Shown piece after piece: positions 1 to 10,818 of a DNA stretch of 64,000 nt. The stretch is from an uncultured cyanobacterium (GTDB taxonomy: Bacteria; Cyanobacteriota; Cyanobacteriia; Cyanobacteriales; CAWUOF01), in contig CAVUSO010000001.1 in the NCBI GenBank assembly GCA_963744145.1, positions 3,808,001-3,872,000 of the forward strand, in the 5' to 3' direction. Within the stretch, counting starts at the first letter, position 1. Every line of letters begins with the position of its first letter. The notes beneath the pieces were generated by a model. That model was not told the DNA's origin and made no database searches. It worked only from the letters and a program-made list of their open reading frames with translations. The position numbers and the translations under genes were made by a program.

Positions 1-1473
1 GCTGCCGATCGGTATCTCAAACAAGCTAAAGGTGATAAATATTGCATGGCTTTAACCAGTTTCATTAAAGTTTATCAAGAATCAGGATTAGGTTTAAGTG
101 CCTATGATAAGTTTTTAGAACTGGAAACAAAGATTTATCATGATCAACAAGAGTGGAATAGTTTTGAAAGAGAAAGATTTTATGGGAATTTAATTTTTAG
201 TTTAGCACACTTACGCGATGATTTAGAAGCAAATACTAAGTTAATTAAATTGCTAGCCCAACTCTATGCAAGTCAGTTAGATGAGCAAATTCAAGCCTAT
301 GAAAAACCGCCCAAAAAACCTTTAGCTCAACGCGATCGCCTAGGGAAACCCTTAAGAATTGGCTTTTTATCTAAATTTTTCCGTCGTCATTCAGTGGGTT
401 GGTGTAGTGCCGATATTTTGCGAGAATTGAAAAAAATTACTCCTCACATATATTTATATGTAACTGGGAGTATGCCCACAGATGATCGGACTCAAATATT
501 TGAAAATCTAGCTGAAAAATTTTATCGTGCTACAGCAGAGGATGGAACAGCCGCAGCTAAAGAAGTAATTGGACAAATCCAGCAAGATCAGTTAGATATC
601 TTGGTTGATCTCGATTCAGTCACCCTACTGACTCAAGTAGAGATTATGCGGGCTCAACCAGCACCTGTTTGTGTATCATGGTTAGGTTTTGATGCACCCT
701 TTATGAGGGAAGATAATTATTATTTGTGCGATCGACATACACATCCGGAAGGGGTTGATCAATATTATCAGGAAAAGCTCATCCGGATGCCAGATTGTCA
801 TGTCGCAGTTGGGGGGTTTAAAAGTAACCCAGCAGATTTAGACATCCTCCGGAAAACTTTTCGGATTAGTAAAGATCAGATTATTTATCTCTGTGTTGCT
901 CCTGGACAGAAATTTAACTACAATCTGGCAAAAGCTCAGGTAGCGATTCTCAAATATGTCCCGAATAGCGTGTTATTTTATAAAGGTCGGCAAGGAGATC
1001 CAGAAGTAGTTTCTTCTCTGTACCGAAGTGCTTGTCAAGCTCAGGGAGTGAGTCACCATCGGATTAAGTTTTTACTACGCACTAAGTTTGAAGAAGAACA
1101 TCGCATTTCCTATCAAATGGCAGATGTATTATTAGATGCTTATCCTTATAATGGGATGACTCATACCTTAGAAGCACTTTGGTTTAATTTGCCGATCGTT
1201 ACTCTGACTGGACAACAGTCTGCTTCTCGGTTAGCTTATTGTTTATTGAAAACTCTTGGTGTGGAAGCAGGTATTACTAGAAGTTGGGAAGAATATATTA
1301 AGCGTGGAATTCGCTTTGGGTTAGATGCAGATTTCCGGAATTCGGTTAAAGAACAGTTAATCCAATCTAAACAACCAGAAAATTTATCACCTTTGTGGAA
1401 TCCTCAAAAGTTTGCTCATGATCTGTATGGGATATTTGAAGAACTTTTCCGTCAACGAGTGTTAAGAGGATAG
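1..1473 (+). CDS. O-linked GlcNAc transferase (SPINDLY/GT41 family), C-terminal part; 5' end lies outside the window
   Basis: GT41 motifs LRIGFLS..F..HSVG, DILVDL, PVCVSWLGF and ADVLLDAYPYNG.T..LEALW; the frame is open from base 1. Confidence 0.85.
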   Translation, partial: AADRYLKQAKGDKYCMALTSFIKVYQESGLGLSAYDKFLELETKIYHDQQEWNSFERERFYGNLIFSLAHLRDDLEANTKLIKLLAQLYASQLDEQIQAYEKPPKKPLAQRDRLGKPLRIGFLSKFFRRHSVGWCSADILRELKKITPHIYLYVTGSMPTDDRTQIFENLAEKFYRATAEDGTAAAKEVIGQIQQDQLDILVDLDSVTLLTQVEIMRAQPAPVCVSWLGFDAPFMREDNYYLCDRHTHPEGVDQYYQEKLIRMPDCHVAVGGFKSNPADLDILRKTFRISKDQIIYLCVAPGQKFNYNLAKAQVAILKYVPNSVLFYKGRQGDPEVVSSLYRSACQAQGVSHHRIKFLLRTKFEEEHRISYQMADVLLDAYPYNGMTHTLEALWFNLPIVTLTGQQSASRLAYCLLKTLGVEAGITRSWEEYIKRGIRFGLDADFRNSVKEQLIQSKQPENLSPLWNPQKFAHDLYGIFEELFRQRVLRG

Positions 1474-1480
1474 TTCAACT

Positions 1481-2074
1481 ATGGTACAAACTATTTCGAT
1501 CGAATTACCGATCGCGATCGGTCTTTCTGTTACTCCGGAACAATTTCAGACCCTCGCGATCGCAAATCGAGATTTAAGATTAGAACTGACAGCAACAGGA
1601 GAATTAATTGTGAATCCACCAACTGGAGGAGAAACGGGTGCAAAAAATTGCAGTATTACTGGACAACTAGATCGCTGGTACGAAAAAAACGAAAACTTAG
1701 GAGAAGCGTTTGACTCATCTACTGGGTTTAGACTGCCGAATGAAGCGATTCGTTCCCCAGATGCTGCTTGGGTTAGTCGGGAACGTTACCAAACACTTAC
1801 TCCTCAACAGCGAAAAAGCTTTTTACCCTTATGTCCAGATTTTGTAATTGAGCTACGTTCTGATTCAGATAGTCTGGTGACATTACAAACCAAGATGAAA
1901 GAATATATTGATAATGGCACAAAATTAGGTTGGTTAATTGACCCCCAGAATCGACGAGTAGAGATTTATCGATCGAACTCAGATGTGGAAGTCTTGGAAA
2001 ATCCGACTGAACTATCTGGTGAGGATATATTACCTGGTTTTGTGTTGAATTTAAAGCGAATATTTTATAAGTAA
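1481..2074 (+). CDS. Uma2 family (DUF820) endonuclease-like protein
   Basis: Motifs FDSSTGFRLP..AIRSPDAAW, PDFVIELRS and LGWLIDP. Confidence 0.9.
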   Translation: MVQTISIELPIAIGLSVTPEQFQTLAIANRDLRLELTATGELIVNPPTGGETGAKNCSITGQLDRWYEKNENLGEAFDSSTGFRLPNEAIRSPDAAWVSRERYQTLTPQQRKSFLPLCPDFVIELRSDSDSLVTLQTKMKEYIDNGTKLGWLIDPQNRRVEIYRSNSDVEVLENPTELSGEDILPGFVLNLKRIFYK

Positions 2075-2152
2075 GTTGGTCTCAATTATCCGTGATGGTT
2101 GCACAGCTTCGAGATGGGAACTAAATAATCAGACGCAGCTAGTACATCAGAC

Positions 2153-4964
2153 ATGGTTAAAGTAAAAAATTCAGACTCAATACTTAATTCTATTAAGCGA
2201 TCGCCTAAATTTAGTTTAATTCCACTCAGACTAATCCTCATAGCCCCATTTATTATTCAAATCTTTGCTGCTGTTGGATTAACAGGATGGTTAGCTTTAC
2301 GCAATGGGCAAAAAGCTGTTAATGATGTAGCTCAACAGTTGCGCTCAGAATTATCCCAGCGGATTGAGGAAAAACTAAAAACCTATACAGAAATTACCCA
2401 CGCTATCAACCATTTTAATACTGCCAATTTTGCCAGAGGTGTAATTGATGTTAGTGGTGTCAAAGGTGAAGCGCAAATGTGGGACCAAATGCAGATTTAT
2501 CCTGACCTCAGCGATGTTCACTGTGGGGATGAAAATGGTGGATATATTGGTATTGTTAGGGTTTCAGCCCAAGATCGTTCTAAGGTGAATTTAGTATTTA
2601 GCAATCCATCGACCAATTTTATCCTTCAATACTTTGCCTTAGATTCTCAAGGTAATCGTACTCAAAAGGTGGAATACACTATTAATAAGCCCTACGATCC
2701 CCGAGTTCGACCTTGGTACAAAGCAGCCAAGACAGCAGGGAAAAGCGTTTGGAGTGAAATTTATCTTGATTTTTCTACCTTATATCCGACACTAAATGGT
2801 AATGTGCCTGTCTATAGCCCAACGGATAAATCTTTTATGGGCGTTTGTGCGACAGCCTTCTATTTACCCCAGGAAATGTCAAAGTTTCTGCAAGGTTTAA
2901 AGATTGGGAAAACAGGTACAGTGTTTATGATGGAACGCTCTGGACGACTGGTGGCAACTTCTACTAAAGAACCTATGCTCGATGGTCAGGGAGAGAATGT
3001 TACCCGTTTAGCAGCAGTCGATAGTACCAATCTCACCATTAAAGCTACAGCGCAGCTTTTGAGCGATCGCTTCCAAGACCTCAACCAGATTCAATCCGTA
3101 CAACAAATTGACTTTAAAGGCGTCAGGTAAGAAGGATTATATCCAAGTAGTGCCATTTAAGGACTTGAACCTAGACTGGCTGATTGTGATTACTATTCCC
3201 GAATCAGATTTTATGGAGCAAATCGATGCCAACACCAATACAACAATTATATTATGTTTAGGAGCCTTAGCAGTAGCAATTGTGTTAGGAATTTACACCT
3301 CTCGTTGGATTTCTCAACCCATTGCCCGGTTGAACAAAGCATCTCAAGAAATTACTAGAGGAAACCTAGACCAAGAAATCCAACCAGAAAATATTAAAGA
3401 ACTGGATCAGCTTGGTCAGACATTTAATACAATGAGCCATCAACTTCAGTCTTTTTTCCACGCTCTAGCCCAAACTAATCGAGAACTCGAACAACGAGTA
3501 GAAGAACGCACCGCCGACCTAAAACAATCCAAAGAAGAAGCAGAACTAGCCAAACAAGCAGCATATAGTGCTAATCAAGCTAAAAGTGAATTTCTGGCTA
3601 ATATGAGTCATGAACTTCGCACTCCCTTAAATGGTATTTTAGGTTATGCCCAAATTCTCGGGCGGATGAAAGAACTTCCTGAAAAAGCTCGTCATGGAGC
3701 TAATGTTATCCATCAATGTGGTTCTCATTTATTAACCCTAATCAATGATGTTCTAGATATCTCTAAAATTGAGGCTCGTAAACTCGAACTAGTGCCTAGT
3801 GCTGTTCATTTACCATCACTGATACAAGGTGTTGTCGAAATCTCTCAAATCCGCGCTCAACAAAAAGGTATTGAGTTACATTACGAACCTGATCCTAACT
3901 TACCTAATGGTATTGTTATTGATAAAAAACGGTTGAGACAAGTATTGATTAATCTTTTAAGTAATGCGATTAAATTTACTGATCAAGGTCGGGTTACTTT
4001 GAAAGTTGAGCCGCGAAATATTAATCAAGATGTGATTAATCAAAACCAGATCCTTCTGTATTTTTCTGTCACTGATACTGGGATTGGTATCGCCCAGGAA
4101 AATCTCCAAAAATTATTTCAAGTTTTTCAACAAGTAGGCGATCGCAGTCGTCACGCAGAAGGAACAGGTTTAGGATTAGCAATTAGTCAACAAATTCTCC
4201 AATTAATGGGGAGTAAAATTCAAGTTGAAAGTCAACTGGGAGTGGGCAGTAAATTCTTTTTTGAACTAGATTTATCCTTGCATCAGGAATGGGTAGAGCA
4301 ACAAACCATTGAAGCGGGTAATATTAGCAGCTATAATGGCAGGAAACAACAAATTTTAGTTATAGATGATCGTTGGGAAAATCGGGCTGTAATTGTAAAT
4401 TTATTAGAACCTATTGGTTTTGTAGTTAGGGAAGCAGAAAATGGACAGATTGGTTTAGACAAAATGCGGGAAAATCTACCAGATTTAATCATTACAGACC
4501 TAGTAATGCCCGTAATGGATGGTTTTGAAATGCTCAAACAATTGCGAAATGATCAGAAATTAAAAGATTTAAAAGTTCTGGTTTCATCGGCATCTGTAGC
4601 ACAACTAGACCAACAAATGAGCTTAGACGCGGGTGGGGATGACTTTCTCGCTAAACCAGTGAACGCTCCAGACTTATTTAATCTCTTAGCCCATCATTTA
4701 CAACTGACTTGGAATTATGAAGAAGTAGAAGTAGTAGTAAGCGAGCAAGAAATAATATTTCCCCCAGCCTCTGAACTAGAGCAAATCTATCAAGCTGGTA
4801 GAATTGGTGATATGGATACGGTGATAAATGAAGCTAATCGGTTAGAACAGTTAAACCCTGAGTATAAACCTTTTGTTGATCGTTTAAGGGAATTTACTGA
4901 CAATTTTGATGACACTGGTATTAGGAAATTTATTGAACCGATTATGCGATCGGATCACCTCTAA
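2153..4964 (+). pseudogene. Cache-HAMP-HisKA-HATPase-REC hybrid sensor kinase, split by a one-base frameshift near 3113-3120
   Basis: ORF 2153-3130 has a TM helix and Cache domain (YDPRVRPWY). ORF 3108-4964 has [21 protein letters not shown]-boxes and REC. Deleting one base in TTTAAAGG joins them as [14 protein letters not shown]. Could be a sequencing error. Confidence 0.75.
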
Positions 4965-5237
4965 TCGCCGAATATGTGGACAAAAGTGGACTATACGGCA
5001 TAATTGTATCCATCGACCCGGTGAACTATTTGGCAGTATTTAGCTCTCACAGGGCTAATCTTGCCCTTGGCAGTCACCATTTCAAACACACCTGTGGCAC
5101 GAACAGTTAAGCGCCCAATATGAGTTCCTGCGAATTTTCCTTTTGGCAGAGTAGCGCGGACTATATCCCCAGTTTGAAACCCGAAAAAAGCTTTCTGTCT
5201 AGTTCGATGTCTGATCGGAAAACCATATTGGTTGGTA

Positions 5238-6817
5238 AGTAGTCGGACATAAATAAAGTTAACTATGTTAACTTTATTTAAGAGTAAATTTGACCCACAA
5301 ATTTACCAGAGAAAAGCATATAAAAGTATTCCCTCCGTCCAACTGAATAGGTTTCACTAGAGAGTAAGAAAACTGCATTTCCAGATTTTCTATTAACTAT
5401 AAATATGGTCAGTTTTGCCTCAGCCTCTCATTAAACAATTAATGGAATTTTTCCGGTTGACTAGAACTAGAATAAACCCGATTAGGATTTTTGTTCATCC
5501 TGGCTAGGCTGACCACCAAATCTAAATCTTTTTACTTCTAAGCCCTTACTAGTTTGACGAGCTTCGATTGCTGCTCTTACCGCGATGGTTAATTCATATT
5601 CATTCTCAAACATTTGACCAGCTAATTCATCTTCTTTGATTCTTTCCCACTCCGTTTCAATCAGATTTAATTCGGGAGAGTAACTGGATAATAGGAATAT
5701 ATATAATCCTTGTTTTTCCCATTGATCATAGTTGCTCTTCGTCAATTTACTTACGTGAACGGAATATTGGTCTTGGACAATTACAGTTATTTTGCCCGTT
5801 TCTTTCAATCTAGTTTCCGCTTGCGCGGCTTGCCAATCCATTAATTTGATATAATTCTTACTGTCAAAACTCTTAAAACTTAATCCATATTCAAAGCTTT
5901 CTCCCACGGCCAAAAATCCACATATATTTAATCTTTTCCCTTTCTTTTTAGGCTGTTTGATCTGTTTCTGTTGGCCGATTTTCCCCCAGGTATATACAGG
6001 TTCAGCCCACAGGCTAAATCCTGATTCATCCAAATATTTTAAACATATTTCACCCGCGGCTGCCGCGAATTCCAACATCTCTAAATCATTTCTTTTAGTT
6101 GCTCTTTTTTCCTGGTCTTGCTTTCCTTTTAGAGATGTTCTCGTTCTTTTCCACCGATAGTTTTTTTTGAGGATTCGACGCAACTGTCTTTGGCTCAGTT
6201 TTACTTGCCTTTCCTGGGCTAGATATTTCACTAACTGACGACTATTATAAGCTCGTTCCTCTGTCTCTAGTTTTTTTTCAATTTCTGCCAAATCTGCCTG
6301 ACTCCATTTTCTTTTCCTGCCCGGACGAGGCGCATCCCATAATCCTGCTAATCCCTGTTTTTCCCAACGATGTATTGTGGCTCTCACTGTCTTAATTGAC
6401 CAGTTCAGATACTTGCCGATCTGTTCCACTTTCCATCCCATTGATGATAATCTCAAGTTCGCAGCCCGATCTCTTGTTCTTAGTGGAACTCCCTCGGCTC
6501 TATTTAATTCCCATAAGGTTTGATTTTCCGCAGATGTTAAAAATATTCTCAAAGGAGGAGATGACATTTTCTTCAAACTTTTAAGTTAGCTCTATAATTA
6601 TTTCACAATCAGGGTGTTTTTTTTGAAGCTAAAATCGACCTCACTTATCCCCTTAATTACCAAAATAAGTCTAATTTTTTGCTCCCATTGTCCAGCCACT
6701 TCTTTGGCCAATCTTCTCCAGATTGGACTAATTTTTCGATGACTTTGTCCAGCTTATTGCTTGACCCATACGTTTTACAAAAGTTAATACAGTACCTATT
6801 ACTTTTGTCCGACTACT
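5238..6817 (-). mobile_element. IS630-family insertion sequence inserted in iscB
   Basis: Perfect 12-bp TIR AGTAGTCGGACA (5238-5249) / TGTCCGACTACT (6806-6817), with TA duplicated at 5236-5237 and 6818-6819. Excision restores the iscB frame QMSTTNQYG. Confidence 0.93.
5482..6576 (-). CDS. IS630-family transposase (HTH + DDE_3) in a single ORF
   Basis: DAPRPGRK HTH linker; catalytic motifs YLDESGF, VQDQYSVH and SPELNLIETEW. Confidence 0.92.
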   Translation of the reverse strand: MKKMSSPPLRIFLTSAENQTLWELNRAEGVPLRTRDRAANLRLSSMGWKVEQIGKYLNWSIKTVRATIHRWEKQGLAGLWDAPRPGRKRKWSQADLAEIEKKLETEERAYNSRQLVKYLAQERQVKLSQRQLRRILKKNYRWKRTRTSLKGKQDQEKRATKRNDLEMLEFAAAAGEICLKYLDESGFSLWAEPVYTWGKIGQQKQIKQPKKKGKRLNICGFLAVGESFEYGLSFKSFDSKNYIKLMDWQAAQAETRLKETGKITVIVQDQYSVHVSKLTKSNYDQWEKQGLYIFLLSSYSPELNLIETEWERIKEDELAGQMFENEYELTIAVRAAIEARQTSKGLEVKRFRFGGQPSQDEQKS

Positions 6818-7851
6818 TAGTAGACATTTGGCGAGTACCCCATCCCTTAGCCGTAATCAGTAATGGCTTAGTAGTTTTTAAGGCTAATTTCTCAACTACT
6901 CCTACACAAGCTGCATCAAGATAGTGACGTTTTTCAATGCCTAATTTGACGCGATTGAATTTAGTTCTACCACCAGTCCACACCTCAACAGCTAGACCTG
7001 TTTCTCGTAACCGATGATATAATTCCCATCGGGTTGAATTGACAGCCGCAGCGTCTTTTAATGGTGCCTTAGCTTGCGTTAAAACTCGCTTTAAAATTTC
7101 TGGTTGATTTTTCAAAAATTTCTCAATCTGCTCATTACCTTTTTTCTGATTACAAGCATGACAAGCTAGGGTAAGATTGCTGACTCTGTCTGTTCCACCT
7201 TTACTTTTAGCTAAAATGTGTTCAATCTCTAGGGGCGTTTTTTTAGCACCACAATAAACACATTTTCTGCCCCATTTTGCCAGTAAGTATTCGCGAACTT
7301 CGTACCCTTGTAGTTCCCCTTGTTGATACTCAGTACCGCTAATTTCAGGATTAACTAGGGCTTGAGGATCAAACCTTACTAACTCTTGAGAAATGCCTGT
7401 AATTGGGGCAAATTTCCTGAGTCTGTTTACCCAAGTTAGAGTGGTTTGGACTCGGTGTTCAAGACTGGGTGCTAACCAACCTTTAGGACGGGTTCTATTT
7501 AGAAATCTTGCTTGGCGATAACGAGTTTTACGGTTCCGTCGAGTCCGACGCAACGCTCGACCGAGACTCAAGATTAGCTTTAATTGCTTGACCACGATGG
7601 GTTAATTCTGCACCCCAAATAACCGCATCATTAGATACTAATGCCAGACCAGTTGTTTGAGAACCTGGATCTATTTTTAACTGAACTGGTTTAGTTATTT
7701 CAGTTGACACAGTTTTTAAGATGATTGTAAATGGAAATCTCCGCCAAACTGCGGCTTTCCCCCGATTCAACAACAATCGAGCTTGTGCTGGATGAACAGG
7801 ATTAATTGGGCGCTTGTTGGTATCGATCACAAAAACCAAGTTAGACATAGT

Positions 7852-8093
7852 TGAAACTCTGATTGCTCAGGTAATTTTTTCCTCGTCAATGTTACTTAGG
7901 CTTGTCATGTTCAGTTCACTTTCTTGAGCTAAATAGGAATGTTTAAAACTGAACGGCAGAGCTAAAAGCTGGAAAGCACTCGCAGGTGCCATGACCCAAG
8001 TAACGTAGTCCCTCGCTTTGCTTAGAACTGAGACTGGCCATCTCTACACTTTATGTACTGGTTGTCCAGATATGTCCAGTGTTTAGCGGATAG
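7852..8093 (-). ncRNA. omega-RNA (HEARO-like) scaffold upstream of iscB
   Basis: Minus strand shows HEARO-type blocks in order: GCCAGTCTCAG, ACTACGTT, GCACC..GAGTGCTTTCCAGC..CTCTG, TTAAACA, ACAAGC, AACATTGACGAGG, ending just 5' of the iscB ATG. Boundaries approximate. Confidence 0.8.
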
Positions 8094-8176
8094 CTATAAT
8101 TTAATCTTCAACATGGTAGTGAAATGATGTATATTAAAGGTAAGAGAGAAATGAAAATTTGTCTACTATCTGGGAG

Positions 8177-9752
8177 CAATACTCCGGACAAAATTAAACT
8201 GCAATCGCACCGTAGGAAAGTAGTTCTGAGTAATTGGGATGGCTTTTGATCAAAGTCGGCTCCAAATCTAACTTCAAAATAAATTGTTCCAAAAGATGCG
8301 CGTTGAAGGCTTGGCGTTTATAAGTAGCCATAGAAAAGATAAAGGGCTCATCTTCTTGATGGTTTAATCTGGCTGATAATTTGGCAATATTCAAAGCTGT
8401 CAGACTAGCATTAAAATGAAAATCTAATTTGGCCGCATCACGGGCTTGACAATCCACTAATCCTGTAAACTGTTTAGCATCACGAAAAATAAATTCAATC
8501 TGAAAACGAGCCTGATAATACTCGTAAATTTCCAGGGCGGTCAGCGACAAATCTGTTGAAAACAAAATTAGATAACCAGTTTTGTCAGGCTGACGCTGAT
8601 CAACAACCACGACAATTTTAATGTTTCTCTCTAAGGAGACATGATTAACTATCGCACTATAAATATTAACTGATTTCTCAACTTCCTGGCCCCAAGTCAA
8701 ACGACTTAAATTAGTGAAATTGACTTTTCCTGCATAGAGACGTGGGCGACCACGCTCTTTTTGTTCACCCTGATATAAATAACGCATATTGGCATCAATC
8801 CGCAATTTACCTAGGTAATGAAAATTGACAGATATCACCCCATCAACAAACTTTTTTTTACTATAGTACCCATCAGCTACTAGGTGGCGTATATCCGATG
8901 GAATATAGCTTTGAGCTCTTTTTAGTTGCTCTAAATACTGATCTACTCTTGTAGCTTCATCCTCTTGATTGTCCGATGTTTTCGGACTAGATTTTCGGGA
9001 TTTTTTCTGATTTTTTCCTGGCGATTTTTTGGTGGTTTTTCTTGGTGATTCTGTGGGCAAAGATGGTGATGTTTGCTGAACAGATAAAGCATAAGCCGTG
9101 TTGATATCTAAATCAATAAGTGCGAGCAGAGAAATTTCTAACCCCCGTTCTGCTTGGCTCTTACTACTATTATAGAAATAATCTTTTCCATAGGTTTTTT
9201 TACCACTTTTTTGAATAAATGAACAGTCCATTGCTAAAATTTTTCGACTCGTGACCGCTAGGGCTAATTGCAGGAGTTGTTTATTTAACTCCAAAAAATT
9301 GAAGGAGCGCTGAAAATGGCGTCGATAAGTTTTTTCGTTTAACTGCGAGTAACGACTTAAATTAGTAAAATTGACTTTACCATAGACTAACAAGATAGTT
9401 GTCATTAAGGTTAAGAAAAATTTTTTTTGAGCTTTACTAATCCCAGCAAGTTGAGTTAAGATGTTTTCTAGAAAATTCATAATTATCGGTCGGGTGGAAT
9501 TTACTATGTAAATTCTCTCACGATCGATATTTTTTTGGTGATCTCAGTAAGGAAAAAATTGCGCCCAATCCGTTCGGTTGCCTGATTTGGCCAGAAAATT
9601 GTTCAAGTAGAAAACGATTCAGAATCGAAAATATCTGCCAAATCAGGTTTTCGGCTAGTCCCAGTCTGTCTTTTGGCTATTGGACCGAAAACTATTGGTT
9701 AGTCAATTATACCTATAAATAATTTTCTCTCACCAAAGTGTCCGGAGTATTG
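8177..9752 (-). mobile_element. Intact DDE insertion sequence (IS4/IS701-like superfamily), 1576 bp
   Basis: Perfect 14-bp TIR CAATACTCCGGACA (8177-8190) / TGTCCGGAGTATTG (9739-9752); 6-bp TSD TGGGAG at 8171-8176 and 9753-9758. Confidence 0.93.
8194..9480 (-). CDS. DDE transposase
   Basis: Motifs LAMDCSF, VADGYY and Y..RFQIEFIFRDAKQ (YREK-like); lies inside the TIRs. Confidence 0.9.
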   Translation of the reverse strand: MNFLENILTQLAGISKAQKKFFLTLMTTILLVYGKVNFTNLSRYSQLNEKTYRRHFQRSFNFLELNKQLLQLALAVTSRKILAMDCSFIQKSGKKTYGKDYFYNSSKSQAERGLEISLLALIDLDINTAYALSVQQTSPSLPTESPRKTTKKSPGKNQKKSRKSSPKTSDNQEDEATRVDQYLEQLKRAQSYIPSDIRHLVADGYYSKKKFVDGVISVNFHYLGKLRIDANMRYLYQGEQKERGRPRLYAGKVNFTNLSRLTWGQEVEKSVNIYSAIVNHVSLERNIKIVVVVDQRQPDKTGYLILFSTDLSLTALEIYEYYQARFQIEFIFRDAKQFTGLVDCQARDAAKLDFHFNASLTALNIAKLSARLNHQEDEPFIFSMATYKRQAFNAHLLEQFILKLDLEPTLIKSHPNYSELLSYGAIAV

Positions 9753-9798
9753 TGGGAGAATGATAGCTAAGAATAGCTAATCAGTAATATTAACTATT

Positions 9799-10476
9799 AT
9801 GGCCACTATTGAAGAATTAATCGCAGATATCCAAAAAGAAGCACAAAGAGCCGAGTTTCCGATCGATGAACCAGTTTATCACCAAGCTGGACTCGAACCG
9901 ACCTTACCAATCCTTTATGCTGGTAATCTGGCCAGTGAGTTATGTTTTTTTGCGCGGGATTTGGGTAAAGATGAAGTATATAATCGTCAACCACTTTATG
10001 GAGCTGCTGGGAGAATGGTACGTGGTGGACTTTATCAGGCTTTTTATGGTCAGGAAGCCAAAAATAATGGGGAACTAGAACAAGTATTAGACCGAGTTTT
10101 ATTAACTAATACTGTTCCTTATAAACCACCCGGAAATAAAGCTTATATCGAAGCAGTTAAAAAAAGATTTCGTCCATTTATTGAACAATTTTTAGTATTA
10201 CATTGGCAAGGAAATAAAATTATCACTTTAGGAAATGAAGCTTTTAATTGGTTTACTCCCTACGGTGCTAAAGGTGCCTTAAAAGAGTTTTTCACCAACA
10301 GCGATCGCTACACTAAAAGTATCAAAGTCACCCTAGATGCTAAAGATGACCAATGGAACCTCATTTCGAGAGAAGTAACTTTACTCCCACTCCCCCACCC
10401 ATCACCACTTAATCAACAATACTACGCACAATTTCCGCAATTATTACAGCAACGATTAGCAGAAATCTTTACCTAA
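9799..10476 (+). CDS. Uracil-DNA glycosylase superfamily protein
   Basis: ARDLGKDE..QPLYGAAG, LTNTVPYKPPGN, IITLGNEA and PLPHPSP resemble UDG family motifs. Confidence 0.75.
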   Translation: MATIEELIADIQKEAQRAEFPIDEPVYHQAGLEPTLPILYAGNLASELCFFARDLGKDEVYNRQPLYGAAGRMVRGGLYQAFYGQEAKNNGELEQVLDRVLLTNTVPYKPPGNKAYIEAVKKRFRPFIEQFLVLHWQGNKIITLGNEAFNWFTPYGAKGALKEFFTNSDRYTKSIKVTLDAKDDQWNLISREVTLLPLPHPSPLNQQYYAQFPQLLQQRLAEIFT

Positions 10477-10818
10477 TGGTTGATTAGGTTAGATATTAGT
10501 TAATTGTTCGATAAAATAAAGCTTTCAGCTACTGACTACGTGAAATTTATTTTGCCTATTTAGAACCGCTCATTTAAGATTTAGTATGGCAAATCAATCT
10601 AAAAGCTAATAGAACTCTAACGATCAGCAACTATACCTACATAAAATTAATATTTTTTTATTGCTTAAAATTTGAGCAAGAGTTAGCATTTTAACAACTA
10701 GACAATTTTTGTTCGTGACTTTGCATAGACAAAAATTAAGTGCAAGCCAATCGAATAATTAGACAGGTTAAAAAGTCGTTTTCCTAGCAGATAAAATTCT
10801 TACTTAAGGAATGGAAAA

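Larger units (their letters stand above)
4991..7848 (-). pseudogene. iscB: RNA-guided endonuclease IscB (RRXRR/HNH), frameshifted near 7561 and split by IS630
   Basis: PLMP-like N-terminus, RuvC-I KIDPGS, Arg-rich bridge helix, RuvC-II SQELVRFD, HNH CVYC..EIEH..N..CHACN and RuvC-III HYLDAAC. The C-terminus TNQYGFP..FQTGDIV..DGYNYAV* lies at 5237-4991. Reconstructed length is 424 aa. Confidence 0.92.
4963..8093 (-). mobile_element. Non-autonomous IscB (OMEGA) transposon: omega-RNA plus iscB, interrupted by IS630; end positions approximate
   Basis: iscB and a HEARO-like RNA are bounded by paired TGGAC motifs 10 bp apart, at 4977/4987 on + and at 8078/8068 on -. Confidence 0.7.

Noticed and set aside
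3113..3121. Programmed frameshift at TTTAAAG in the Cache kinase
   Set aside because: The needed shift is +1, no stimulatory structure is evident, and similar single-base insertions occur elsewhere in the window.
6813..7595. Cas9 or stand-alone HNH nuclease call
   Set aside because: The PLMP-like N-terminus, small reconstructed size, lack of a REC lobe and upstream omega-RNA identify a broken IscB.
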